This document shows, piece by piece, positions 1-31,900 of a stretch of 64,000 bases of DNA. The notes under the pieces were generated by a model. That model was not told the DNA's origin, made no database searches, and saw nothing but the letters and a program-made list of their open reading frames with translations. The position numbers were made by a program, and so were the translations under genes. The first letter of the stretch is position 1. Each line of letters opens with the position of its first letter. The stretch comes from Amoebidium appalachense (lineage: Eukaryota; Protista; Ichthyosporea). Where the stretch lies: contig CAVNZM010000008.1 in assembly GCA_963693365.1 (NCBI GenBank), positions 3,439,572-3,503,571 of the forward strand, in the 5' to 3' direction.

Positions 1-171
1 GTATTGCCCCCCCCCCTTTTTTTTTTTTCTCCCCCCCCCCCCACCCCACCCCCACCCCCACCCCCTTTTCTTCCCCCCCCCCCCCCCCCCCCCCCCCGCT
101 TCGTTCATGGATGATGTACTATGGTCAAGTGTGAGTTGTCACCTAACGGTTTCATTTCGAAGCATGTAGAT

Positions 172-375
<204 letters not shown>

Positions 376-512
376 GCACACACAGAGACAGACATGTCTG
401 GTTGTGACCCAACTACTGTATAGTCGCTAATCCTCATATGACGAGAGTGTAATCTATTCGGGCTCCAAACCAATCACCATGTAATCGGCATCTGATCTTT
501 ATCCAATTACAG

Positions 513-9067
<8,555 letters not shown>

Positions 9068-9873
9068 TCAAGTCGACTTTCTGTTTTTCCCGCGTCGATT
9101 TCAGTTGTGTGCAGAGGAAGGAACTGGTCGATTTTGCTGTTAGCGGTATATGTAGATACATGTTCATTGATGTAGGTGGGTGCAGGCAGACACGCGCACA
9201 CACATACACTTGCACGAACTCTCATTCGAATGAGTGCGCAGGCTGAAGTTTGAAATTTGAATACTAAAATACATGTGTTGAAATATTCGAATGAATGTCA
9301 TACTTTTGTTAGTGCAGTTTATCTGTGTGCCTCGGAACTCTTCAAGGACCATAAATTCACATCTAGATGTTCTGATGATGTATTATAGAGAGGGACAGGG
9401 GAATACGTGGGGGGTGTGGTGGGGGGTGGGGTGTGGTGGGGGTGGTTGGGGGGGACCTTGTTCAAGTACATTTCCAAATAACAGTTCTTGAGATCAAAAC
9501 GTTGAGCCCCGCCCAATGTCAGTGAAATTCAATGTGATATGAAACTCTGCACATAGTTTCGCATTCCAGCCAAAGGAAACCCTTCCCCTTCCCCCCCCCC
9601 CCCCCCCCTCCCCTTTCTCCCCCCCTCCCCCCACCCCCACTACCACCTTCTCACCCCTCTCTCTTTTCAGGGTCCTCATCCTATTCAATGAAACCAAATA
9701 TATGTGTCAAAGGTACAAGATATTCAAAGAGCCTCCCGGAAGTGCCCCCCCCCCCCCCCCCCCCCCCCCCCTCCACACACACACACACACACACACACAC
9801 CACACCACCCCCACCCCTGGGTCACGCTCGTAGTCTGGCCAGGCCCGGTGATTATCTCAGACATTTAAATTTT

Positions 9874-10349
9874 GCTCAGAAACTATCGATCCGGAATGGA
9901 TGGGTGATCAACTGGGATCCCCCGGGGGGGCTAGGGGAGGGGAAGGGGGCGGCAGCGGGGGAGGGGGGGGGAGGGGGGGTAGCTCTGGGGGGGGGAGGTG
10001 AGAGAGGGGAGCGGGGGCAAAGGGGGGAAGGGAAAGGGGGGAGGGGGAGAGGGGGGGGGGGGGGGGGGGAGACCGGTGGGTCTGTAACCTTGTCGGGTGA
10101 CGACCTGAAATAGCAGATTCACAGGCAATCCCCCCCTCCCCCTCTCCCCCCGCTACACTGATACCGTCGCATACAAATTTTCGAGAAAACTTGAAACCGT
10201 GTGCATCACACCTCTCAGATCTACTTGTAGGCTTGCAAGGTCCCCCCCCCCCCTCTCCCCCCTAGCCCAATTCCCTCTATGTTCTACCACTGTGTATAGC
10301 CAGCTGGGGCCATCAAACTCGGCTAACATCTGAAACGGCCGGTTTCTCC

Positions 10350-10388
<39 letters not shown>

Positions 10389-11470
10389 TAGGCGGTCGCA
10401 GGGACCCAATGGCCAACAAAAACTCCAACAGTCCCCTCCCCACCATCCCCACAAACACTTTGACCTGTCTGTGCCTTTCACTTAAGATTATTAAGGTTGA
10501 AATTCTTATACTCAAGTCCTTGGCAGTGACGAACACGTGTTCAAGGTTATCATAGGAAGCTTAAGGAGCAGAGTAACCACTCAGAAGATCCGGATCAAAC
10601 CCTTTTTCTCCCCTTTACCCCCTCCCCCCTCCCCCCCACCTCCCTTCCTCCCCGCCTCCACCCTGCCCCACCCCCCCCCCCCCCCCCCCCCCCCGGGCCC
10701 CCCCCCGTAAACAGCTCGAGTGTGCAGTGTCTATTCGTTTGTGCAGTATTTAACCTTTGCGTGAGTGAAATGCTTTTCTGCAGAGGCTGACTTCGGGTGG
10801 AGCGATGCGATCAGTGTCCTTCAGCCTGGGCATAAGTGTTCTTTATTTTCGCATTTTTCTGTGTGCTCGTTTCCAAATTTCCTGGAAATTTAGTGTGCCT
10901 AGCCTGTTCTTTGAACGTTAAATGTGCATGTCTCAACATTATTTTCGTGGTCGGCAAAAAAAAAAACCTAAAAAATACCATGTCAGCATGGCTGCCAAAA
11001 ATACGATGTTTTGTCTTGCACTGCCGTCTACTAGGGTGGTAGGCATACGGTACGGGCCCCACAATAAGCTTAGTAAAACAACCTGGCATAATGACCCCGT
11101 TACAAAGTTGTGCAAGGAGTGCGTCATCATGGGCCTGGCCCATGGCGAGGTCATTCCACGGTAGCCATGTTCAGCACAAAGGCCCTGAGCAACGTTCACC
11201 TGGAACTGTCAGCAGCAGTTGATAAGCGTAATACCGTACTAATTGGGTTCATGTGGGGCCTACTCAGCCGTATGTGCTTGTTGCAAGGCTCAAAACAAAC
11301 TATCCCGGGGAGTAGAAGGCTTTGGTTTGTTGACTCAACCTTTCCTACTGTGACCCAGCGGAGGCCTTGCATGTGTTCAGGGAATGTGTTACCTGCCAAA
11401 TTAGGTTCTAATGATGCTCTTACAGCCAATAGGAATTGGATGTGAGCCTTTGGAATGTTGTGAAGTCATT
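9874..11470 (-). CDS. Putative spliced hypothetical protein gene, divergent from the MAPK gene (boundaries uncertain)
   Basis: Phase-compatible GT-AG exons on the minus strand (~11030-10979, 10825-10755, 10559-10475, from 10329) give ...VDGSARQNIVFLAAMLTW/LKDTDRIAPPEVSLCRKAFHSRK/ASYDNLEHVFVTAKDLSIRISTLIILSERHRQ/MLAEFDGPSWLYT..., then DLRGVMHTVSSFLENLYAT. No family motif recognised; start and terminal exons unresolved. Confidence 0.4.
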
Positions 11471-11717
11471 TCGTTTTTGGTCCAACGACTCAGAACAGCT
11501 ACAACAGCGTCTCGTTTTCCGAGTTCCACTGCATTGAGGTCGAATCACTTTTTGGATACGGTAGAGCTGTTTAGTTTCGCATGCTGCACGCTGTTAATTA
11601 GGCTGTCTAGCACCGGAAAACACGGGATAAAGGGGTGCTTTTGTCCCTTCTCTTTTGACAAGAAAGAGACAGTAGAGTTGAACAGGCCCACAGGAATCCG
11701 GTTTGAGGACTGAAGAG

Positions 11718-22035
<10,318 letters not shown>

Positions 22036-22627
22036 CACCTTTAAGTTGGCTCCCTGCCTCAAAATCACCGCCTCTCATGGTTGTATGCAAATGATGCCAT
22101 TGGCCACCTCTGACATGCACTTGAAATTCGAATGTCACACTTAGACTCTCAGCCACGTTTATTAAAGTAGACAAGTGTGCTGTGATTGAGTTGAACATGT
22201 ATTTTAACAGTGTGTTGAAATCATTTCTTAAAGAATCTCGTGAATATACTGTATACGGGATATATTTTTGCAAGCCTTCAGTAAGAACTTGCTATGAATA
22301 CATACGGGCCCAATGATTCACATCTTTATCCAAGCCTCAATCTAGACACTGACGACAGATGTTAGTATTAGGACCAGTATCGATGGGAGTGTGGAAAAAA
22401 AAAGATTTAGACCATGTGCTTGGTGTTTTGGGAACCCTACATCATGACCTTGTAATGCAAGCGGCTTACTATTGTGGCCAGGGGGTGAGGTCTCTTGTCA
22501 GATTTCTTTCTCTTTTGTTCTTTTCATCTCTCTTTTTCCTTTCCTTTTTTTTTTTTTTTTTTTTTTTTTTTTGCGCGGGCGGGGGGGGGGGGGGGGGGGG
22601 GGGGGGAGGGGGGGTTTGGGGGGGGGG

Positions 22628-22661
<34 letters not shown>

Positions 22662-23689
22662 GGAGTTGGTCTTAATCTGCAATCTTTTGCTCAATGTCAC
22701 AAGGTAGGATTTTGTCCCCCGTACGAATCAACCCTTTGTTGCAAAAACAAAAGAGATTAGACACTCAGAACTATGCTGGCAGTATCTTACCCTTACAAAC
22801 ACACTCAGTGGCTTGCACTTCGTAGGCAAGGAAGAAATTGAGTCTATACTATTTTTTATTTTTTTTTCTTTCGTTTTTTATTATTATTTTGGTTTCACCA
22901 ATGATCAAAAGGCACACGTGTATGTCACCTGTACCCGTAAAAATCACGCGCCACTCAAGGAGTTCAGTCCCCTTTATTATCTTTTATCTGAGTAAAAAAA
23001 TTGAAAATGTATGTATGACATACGCATACGTATGTATGCCCACGTACATATGCAATGTCCAGTCGCACCATGTCCGGCTCCCGATCACATCAAAACCACA
23101 TGTAATCGGTGATTAGGCTGCATGATTCTGCAAATTCCGCATTAAGTCAACCAATAGGCACATTAGACCGCACCAGAACCCATAGAGATGGCCAATCAGA
23201 GTAGACATTCCGCGCATTTTTGTCAGGTTAAAATTTAAGTAGCACAGGTCGCCACGAAAACTGGTCGGAAACACGTGAAAACGTGTTTTCTAGCTCCTCT
23301 AGTCCAACAGAGAACTCCTAGCACACCTAACAGCCGGACCCAGAAAAACTCAAGCGGATAGAGGTACACGTTAGCTACAGGGGACACTAAAAGCCGTCCC
23401 CGTAGGCCGGCGGGCACGGGAGTTACGCGCCGGAAAGGAGCCCCCCCTTTCTTTCCCTGCACTTGACACAAAACCAACGTTTCCTCTTTCAGTGGTAGTG
23501 ACCTTTGTCTGGGGGGAAAAACATTAACGGCACAGAATTCACACACACAGTAGCAGAGTAGAACGCGCACAGAGTAGCCGTATCCACAGATACCAGCATC
23601 CTGCACTCACCCTTTTCGCACACACAAAGTCAACAACCATCTAGCTGTAAATAAACGCTACCCAAAACATAGCTGCACCCACCCCTACC

Positions 23690-25812
23690 ATGGAAAACCA
23701 CATGGAGCTAGACGGGGACACGTCCCTCACTGCAATATCCACCTTAAACCCACCCACACCCAATCACATGGATAGGGCAACCGAGTCGGTAGAAACCACA
23801 CAACCGATGGGGGAAAGCATGGGGGTGGGAGCGAACCCTCATCATCCCCCGGGCTCTGGAGGAAACGAGCGCTTGTCGGGCAAAAGAGGAAAGGAGGAAA
23901 CAGAGGAGATGGAGAGGTCTACCTCACGCAGGACGGACTATGCCATACCAGGTAAAACTAACGCCCCCACCCTTTCCATACTGTGTCCCCTGCCAGCAGA
24001 CGACGGACACTCTGAAGCGGGCTGGTTGGCTCGGGTGTATGACTTCGTCAGCACCCAGAACCTAGCAAACAGGTACCTGGTGCACAACCGAAACCAACGG
24101 GGCATAGAGATCATGGTAGGCACAGAAGCAGAGTGGGAGGCACTAGTCACAGCACTGGTGGGGGAGGGCATTTTACCTGCCCCCCCACCCCACCCCTCCA
24201 TCCGCCCGAACCCCACACGGTACATGGTCCTAATCCCGAATAGAACGGTAGAAACGTGCAATTTTCCGAGGATAGGACGAGCAAGTGACGTGGCAACCGT
24301 GCTATATGCCATAGACCTTCACCCAGTGACCGTAACCTGGCTCCCCCCAAACCCCAACTTCCGTATCGCCAGGGAGCACTGGGCGTATGAGGGTAATTAT
24401 GAGGTGGTTTTTCCTGACGACGAACACCATAGGAAACACATAATAAATCTCCGAGAACACTTTAGGGTCAACCGGGCCTCTCTAGTGGAGGAAACATACA
24501 TGACGGCGGCCCCTGCAATGCACAGGCACCGGGCCTGGGCTATCACCACACCCGGCTTAAACGAGGACACACGCCTCCCCCATCTCGAGGGGTACGATCA
24601 TCGCCTCTATGAGAACACCAACCCCACCCCCCGTGTGGTGGACACCCCTCCCGAGTGGCCCCAGGCCCGACCCTTTCCGACACAGGAGGGAGGGGGGAGG
24701 AGTCAGAGGCAGTTCTGTTGCTAATCCCCATCCCACAGTCTCACATGTGTGGGTTGTGTTGGGAGCAATCCCACAAACTAACAGACACAGAGTGCCCGTT
24801 TGTTCAGTGCCTAACCTGTCGGGAGGTGGGGCACGAACCGGATGAGTGCCCCAAAAACCGCACCAGCTGTCCGTACTGTAACCGGCCGTTACACGTACAC
24901 GGAAACCCCAGTAACCCCATCGCCACATGCCTGCAACGCCGCCGAAACTGCGGTAACTGTGGGGAACTGGGCCACCGTCCCCGCATATAAATGCCAACGG
25001 AAACCCCTTTTCGCACCGGGTATTATCGTGTTGGTGGGCTTGAGTAGTCTAGACCCACCTGACGACTCTTTCTTCGCCACCGTGATTGAGTGGCGGGACT
25101 ATGTACACGTCCAGGCACTCCGCCAGGCACTCACGTACTCCGGCCTTGGCCCCCCCGGGGAGGGGGCCACCCGGGAGGGTAGAGCCGGCAGAGCCCAGAG
25201 GTGAATAAGTGTAGGGTCACAGGGCACCACTTCATCACCATGCCCATCCCCGTAAGCCACACGGACTACCCATACCTCCGGGACCACCCGGAGGGAATAC
25301 TTCTGTCGTTTAATACCGGGGCACCAAGCCCCCGCGAATATACAGTACGTGCCCGCCTCACCACCGTGGACAGGGCGACCGTGCTCCTCGACCACCCGCG
25401 GCTAGGGCAGAGCACACATCCCACAGACAACACACCACCACTCGAGGCCCCAGACGAAGACGACCAATCATTGGCCTCCGCGCCGTCGCACCAGCCCTAC
25501 CAGGCCCCGTCCCCACCTCCGCCGGTGTCGCCCACAGGGGACCCCGTGGCGGACCTGACGGCTCGAGTAATCCGGCTCGAACTACAGTTGGCCAGCCAGG
25601 GGGCCACCATACACAACGTGCACCGTGAGGTGCAGGATACGACTGCCCAGCTGAGGGGTATGGAGCAGTCGATGGTTAGCATGCTCGAACGGCTAGGGGA
25701 CCGCCTTGCCCTCACACTGGAAGCCCGTTTGGACGGGGCTAGGGGGGGGGGGGGAGGGGGGGAGAGCACTCCACCCCAGAGACCCGAGACCCCCAAGCCA
25801 CCGAGCCATTGA
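23690..25812 (+). CDS. LINE ORF1, gag-like zinc-knuckle nucleic-acid-binding protein (split by apparent frameshifts)
   Basis: ORF pieces 23690-24724, 24655-24990, 24842-25204, 25201-25812. Knuckles CGLCWEQSH...C, CLTCREVGHEPDEC, CPYCNRPLH, CGNCGELGH..YKC. Heptad-rich C-terminal segment VADLTARVIRLELQLASQ...LEARL. Confidence 0.8.
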
Positions 25813-25999
25813 GGCCCACAGAGGCACAACACCCCAACAGCGGCGCCCCCCCCAACCAAGGCGGGGGCCCCCAGGGGCCCCCTCACAACGCCAACCCACA
25901 CAGCCCACACGCCCATCCACACCACACAGGTCCTCGGTTAACTCGACACGGGAAACTGACCAAGGTGCACGTCCCCCATCGCGGGGACGGGCAGGCATA

Positions 26000-28900
26000 A
26001 TGCCGACCCCATCCCCCCCGCCCGGACACCCGGCGCCGGCAAAGGGGGTAGCGCCCGACACCACACAAACACTCGGCACGGCGCAAAGTCCGGGTCCAGA
26101 GGCCACAGACATGATCCACCAGAACACAGCCCTGGAAGCACTTAAGGGGAGCTAGTCTCGCCCATCAACCACGCAAATTTACCACCAGCCAAACCACACA
26201 GCCACCTTTGGATTGGAACTTTAAACCTGGCCGGATCTACCACTCGTACCGGCCAGGACAAGATCGTCGAGGCAGCCAGGTGGGCTGCCTTTGCAGACAT
26301 GGACGTAGTCATTCTGACGGAGACCGGGACCACCCCGGGCTCCTTCACACGCACAAAGTTTTCCATTCGAAACGAAGGTATCCCCATGCGTGCCACGTAT
26401 GTATGCCCACCAGCCACCACCACTGGACACACACACACAACACTCTCTGCCTCAGAGGCCGGTATCCCGGTGGCAGAGAGCTCGTCCAATGACCAAACCA
26501 CACCGTCACTAGCCCAGGAGGAAACACGATTCCGCTACACGGGGGTGGTGATACTTACAAACGAAACGTGGTTTAGACACCAAGGAAAACCACATAGCAA
26601 AGATGCACGAATGCTAGCTATTCCATATCACACAAAAAGGCACACAACGTGGGTGATAGGACTTTATCAACACACGAATGCAACACAGGGAAACGTCAGA
26701 CAGGCCCGTCGACTCACCTCACAGGTAGCCAGATTTCTCACCTCCCTCCCGGCCCCCAACGACACCACTGTCATCGTGGCCGGGGATTTCAACGAGGTGT
26801 GCCACCCTACTCTGGACAGGGCACGGCCCGAAACCGGCCCCAGTTCAGCACAGGCAATGCCCACAGGACTCGTGCCCGGGCTGCTCCACGAGCTGATGGA
26901 CGCCCATCTACTCATAGACAGCTACCGAGCCGAACACCCCACCACCAGGGAATATACGTACCACAGCGGTCCCCACCGCTCACGCATCGACTACGTATAC
27001 GTCCCGGCGGCGTTACGCCCGGCACTGGTCTCAGCCTCCGTCACGGAATTACCGGATCTTCACACCGACCACCACCTGGCCTGGTGCGAAACTGGGCCCC
27101 ATCCTAACCTGCCGGGCCAGGGACCAGGGCCAACCCGAAACCAACCCACACCGAGACTCCAGCTGAAACCGAACACCACACAGGAGGACTGGGCACGTTT
27201 TACCACCGGCACGGAGGCAGCCTTCACGTCCCCCCCAACCACCACCCCTACCCAGGCGGAGGTGGAAGGGAGATGGGAGTACATGGCCGCCATCATTCTC
27301 TCGGTGGCAAAAACCACAGTGGGCCGGACCAAGAGCAAACCAGAGAAGTCCACGTCAAAACCGACGAAGGTCTTCCCGGAGGACAACGAGCACGCGGAGC
27401 TACACCGGCTCCTCAATGCAACGGACCGGGCGGCAAATCCACAGGGTTTCTGGGAGAGGGCCAAGGAGCTGGCCGTCCAATATGGCTGGCCAGCACCCCC
27501 TCCCCCTCCGGAGCCCCCCCCCCACCGGTACCCCCAACAAGCAGTCCCATCATCCCACTGTACACAGCCGACCCCAACAACCCCCCGGGCATCCCCCCCA
27601 CCCCCCAGGACACCCCCCCCCCTCCCCCCCAGGCACACCCGTCCCAGACGGGGTGGTATCAGGAGGAGGGGGACCCCGGATCCACCCAGCAGCACCAACC
27701 CACACCCACTTTGCTGCACCAGCCTGCCGCTGGCCCAGCAGGCAGCCCCAACAGGCAGGCCCAGCATGGGCCACCCAGTCGACAGCACCAACAGGAGCCA
27801 CCAAGCCAGCAGCAGCAGCCTCAGGCTGAAGCCCCTGCCGGCAGCCCACAACGGCAGCCACAGCAGGGGCCACCCAGCCTGCAGGCCCTGCATGGGCCAC
27901 CTAGCCAGCAGCAACCGATCACACCTACACTGCAGCAGCTGCCTGCAGCAGCAGATTGCAGCCCCGGCCGGCCGGCCCAGCACGGGCCACCCAGCCGACA
28001 GCACCAACAGGAGCCACCAAGCCAGCAGCAGCAGCCGCAGGCTGCAGCCCCAGCAGGCAGCCCACACCGGCAGCCACAGCAGGGGCCACCCAGCCTGCAG
28101 GCCCTGCCAGGGCCACCCAGCCAGCAACAACCGACCACACCCACACTGCAGCAGCGGCCTGCAGCAGCAGCGTGCAGCCCCGGCCGGCAGGCCCAGCACG
28201 GGCCACCCAACCAACAGGAGCCACCCAGCCAGCAGCAGCAGCCTCAGGCTGCAGCCCCAGCAGGCAGCCCACACCGGCAGCCACAGCAGGGGCCACCCAG
28301 CCTGCAGGCCCTGCCAGGGTCACCCAGCCAGCAGCAACCGACCACACCCACAATGCAGCGGCGGCCTACAGTAGCAGATTGCAGCTCCGGCCAGCCGGCC
28401 CAGCACGAGCCACCCAGCCGACAGCACAAACAGGAGCCACCAAGCCAGCAGCAGCAGCCAAAGGCTGCAGCCCCAGCAGGCAGCCCACACCGGCAGTCAC
28501 AGCAGGGGCCACCCAGCCTGCAGGCCCCGCCTGGGCCACCCAGCCAGCAGCAACCGACCACACCCACACTGCACCAGCTGCCTGCGGCAGCAGATTGCAG
28601 CCCCGGCCGGACGGCCCAGCACGGGCCACCCAGCCGACAGCACGAACAGGAGCCACCAAGCCAGCAGCAGCAGCCGCAGGCTGCAGACCCTGCCGGCAGC
28701 CCACACCGGCAGCCACAGCAGGGGCCACCCAGCCTGCAGGCCCTGCCAGAGCCACCCAACCAGCAGAAACCGACCCCACCCACACTGCAGCAGCTGCCTG
28801 CAGCAGCAGTTTGCAGCCCCGGCCGGCCGGCCCAGCACGGGCCACCCAGCCGACAGTACCAACAGGAGCCACCACGCCAGCAGCAGCAGCCTCAGGTTGC

Positions 28901-31900
28901 AGCCCTAGCAGGCAGCCCACACCGGCAGCCACCGCAGGGGCCACCCAGCCTGCAGGGCCTGCATGGGCCACCCGGCCAGCAGCAACAAACCACACCCACC
29001 CGGCAGCAACTGTCTGCAGCAGCAGATTGCAGCCCCACCCAGCAGCACCAACCCACACCCACTTTGCTGCATCGGCCTGCCGCTGCCCCAGCAGGCAGCC
29101 CCTGCCGGCAGGACCAGCATGGGCCACCCAGTCGCCAGCACCAACAGGAGCCACCAAGCCAGCAACAGCAGCCTCAGGCTGCAGCCCCCGCCAGCAGCCC
29201 ACAACAGGGGCCACCCAGCCTGAAGGCCCTGCATGGGCCACCCAGCCAGCAGCAACCGATCACATCTACACTGCAGCAGCTGCCTGCAGCAGCAGATTGC
29301 AGCCCCGGCCGGGCGGCCCAGCACGGGCCACCCAGCCGACAGTACCAACAGGAGCCACCAAGCCAGCAGCAGCCGCCGCAGGCTGTAGCCCCAGCAGGCA
29401 GCCCTCACCGGCAGCCACAGCAGGGGCCACCCAGCCTGCAGGTCCTGCCAGGGCCACCCAGCCAGCAACAACCGACCACACCTACACTGCAGCAGCTGCC
29501 TGCAGCGGCGGCGTGCAGCCCCGGCCGGCAGGCCCAGCACGGGCCACCCAGCCGACAGCACCAACAGGAGCCACCCCGCCAGCAACAGCAGCCTCAGGCT
29601 GCAGACCCAGCAGGCAGCCCACACCTGCAGCCACAGCAGGGGCCACCCAGCCTGCAGGCCCTTCCAGAACAACCCAGCCAGCAGCAACCGACCACACCCA
29701 CACGGCAGCAGCAGCAGGTAGCAGACTGCAACCCCAGCCGGCAGGCCCAGGACGGGCCATCCAGCCGACAGCACCGACAGGAGCCGCCAAACCAGCAGCA
29801 GCAGCCTCAGGCGGCAGCCCCAGCAGGCAGCCCACACCGGCAGCCTCAGCAGGGGCCACCCAGCCTGCAGGCCCTGCCAGGGCCACCTGGCCGGCAGCAA
29901 CCGACCACACCCACACTGCAGCAGCTGCCTGCAGAAGCGGAGGGTAACCCCGGCCGGCAGGCCCAGCACGGGTCACCCAGCCGACAGCACCAGCAAGAGG
30001 CACCCAGCTGGCAGCAGCAGATTCAGGCTGTAGTCCCAACAAGCAGCCCACAACGGCAGCCACAGCAGGGGCCACCCAGCATGCAGGCCCTGCCAGGGCC
30101 ACCCAACCAGCAACAACCGACCACACCCACACTGCAGCAGCCGCCTGCAGCAGCGACGGGCAGCTCCGGCCGGCAGGCCCAGCACGGGCCACCCAGCCGA
30201 CAGCACCAACAGGAGCCACCCAGTCAGCAGCAGCAGCCTCAGGCTGCAGCCTCAGTGGGCAGCCCACACCGGCAGCCACAGCAGGGGCCACCCAGCCTGC
30301 AGGCCCTGCCAGGGTCACCCAGCCAGCAGCAAACGACCACACCCACACTGCAGTGGCTGCCTGCAGCAGCAGATTGCAGCCCCGGCCGGCCGGCCCAGCG
30401 CGGGCCACCCAGCCGACGGCACAAACAGGAGCCACCAAGCGAGCAGCAGCAGCCACAGGCTGCAGCCCCAGCAGGCAGCCCACACCGGCAGTCACAGCAG
30501 GGGCCACCCAGCCTGCAGGCCCCGCCAAGGCCACCCAGCCAGCAGCAACCGACCACACCCCCACTGCACCAGCTGCCTGCGGCAGCAGATCGCAGCCCCG
30601 ACCGGCCAGCCCAGCACGGGCCACCCAGCCGACAGCACGAACAGGAGCCTCCAAGCCAGCAGCAGCAGCCTCAGGCTGCAGCCCCAGCAGGCAGCCCACA
30701 CCGGCAGCCACAGCAGGGGCCACCCAGCCAGCAGCAACCGACCCCACCCACACTGCAGCAGCTGCCTGCAGCAGCAGTGTGCAGCCCCGGCCGGCCGGCC
30801 CAGCACGGCCCCCCCAGCCGACAGTACCAACAGGAGCCACCAAGCCAGCAGCAGCAGCCTCAGGCTGCAGCCCTAGCAGGCAGCCCACACCGGCAGCCAC
30901 AGCAGGGGCCGCCCAGCCTGCAGGCCCTGCATGGGCTACCCGGCCAGCAGCAACAAATCACACCCACACTGCAGCAGCTGCATGCAGCAGCAGATTGCAG
31001 CCCCGGCCGGCAGGCCCAGCACGGGCCACCCAGCCGACAGCACCAACAGGAGCAACCAAGCCAGCAGCAGCAGCCGCAGGCTGAAGCCCAAGCAGGCAGC
31101 CCACACCGGCAGCCAAAGCAGGGGCCACCCCGCCTGCAGACCCTGCCAGGGCCACCCACGGGCAACCAACAGCTACAGACCACACCCACGCAGCCGCAAC
31201 GGCCCACAGCAGCAGAGTGCAACCCTGGCCAGCAGGCACGGCACGGGTCACCCACCCTGCAGCAGCACCCCACCCCCCCAGCAGCCCACCTGTCTCAGAC
31301 AGGGAGGCAGTGGGAGGAGTGGGAGGCAACCATGCGGGAGCAACTACAACTATACAGGTCCCAACTCCGAAGGAAACGGCAAAAACTCCTTTGGCTACGG
31401 GCAACAGCAGCAGCAGAAGCACGGTGCAAGCGTATGGTGGACGAACTCCGGCGAGCACTAAGCAGCATTTTAGACCGGGGGAGTGTGAACGTCTCGGCTA
31501 CGTTAGTCAAGCACGTTACCCCAACGGGCACTGAGTACCTCACGGAGTGGGCTGACACGGAGCCCGTCATTCGTGAAACTTATCACCGGTGGACGGCCCG
31601 CAGGAACCCACACATCGAGGAGATGCTCGCCGACCCAATGTGGGCCGACATCTATCGACCGATCCCCCCCGAAGACTCCCCATTAGGGTCTATAATGCAC
31701 CCGGCCACCCACGACGAGCTCCAACAGATCGTCCAAAGCCGACAGGGGGGGGAAGGCCCCCGACCCAACGGAAATCCAGTACGAATACTTCCAACACCTG
31801 GGGCCAAAGGGGCTAGCATGGCTCCTACATATCATCAACGGATGTCTGGCCACGGGGACCACACCGAGGTCATGGCTGCACCACACCATCCATCCCCTAC

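Noticed and set aside
11083-11240. Possible selenocysteine (C-TGA at 11173-11171, minus; GPLC*TWLPWND)
   Set aside because: Another frame (ORF 10939-11199) is open and joins the next exon without a stop, an acceptor downstream of the TGA also exists, and I see no SECIS or known selenoprotein motif.
24592-24738. Spliceosomal intron within LINE ORF1 (GCTAAT...CCCACAG)
   Set aside because: A single indel in the G-run at ~24690 explains the frame change more simply, and there is no strong in-phase donor.
27687-31270. CRISPR-like array
   Set aside because: The repeats are contiguous coding units with no unique spacers, the context is eukaryotic, and no cas genes are present.
27060-31460. Long alternative-frame and antisense ORFs over the repeat array
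   Set aside because: Expected from the T-poor repeat composition. They are broken by stops, and only the Gln frame is continuous with RT.
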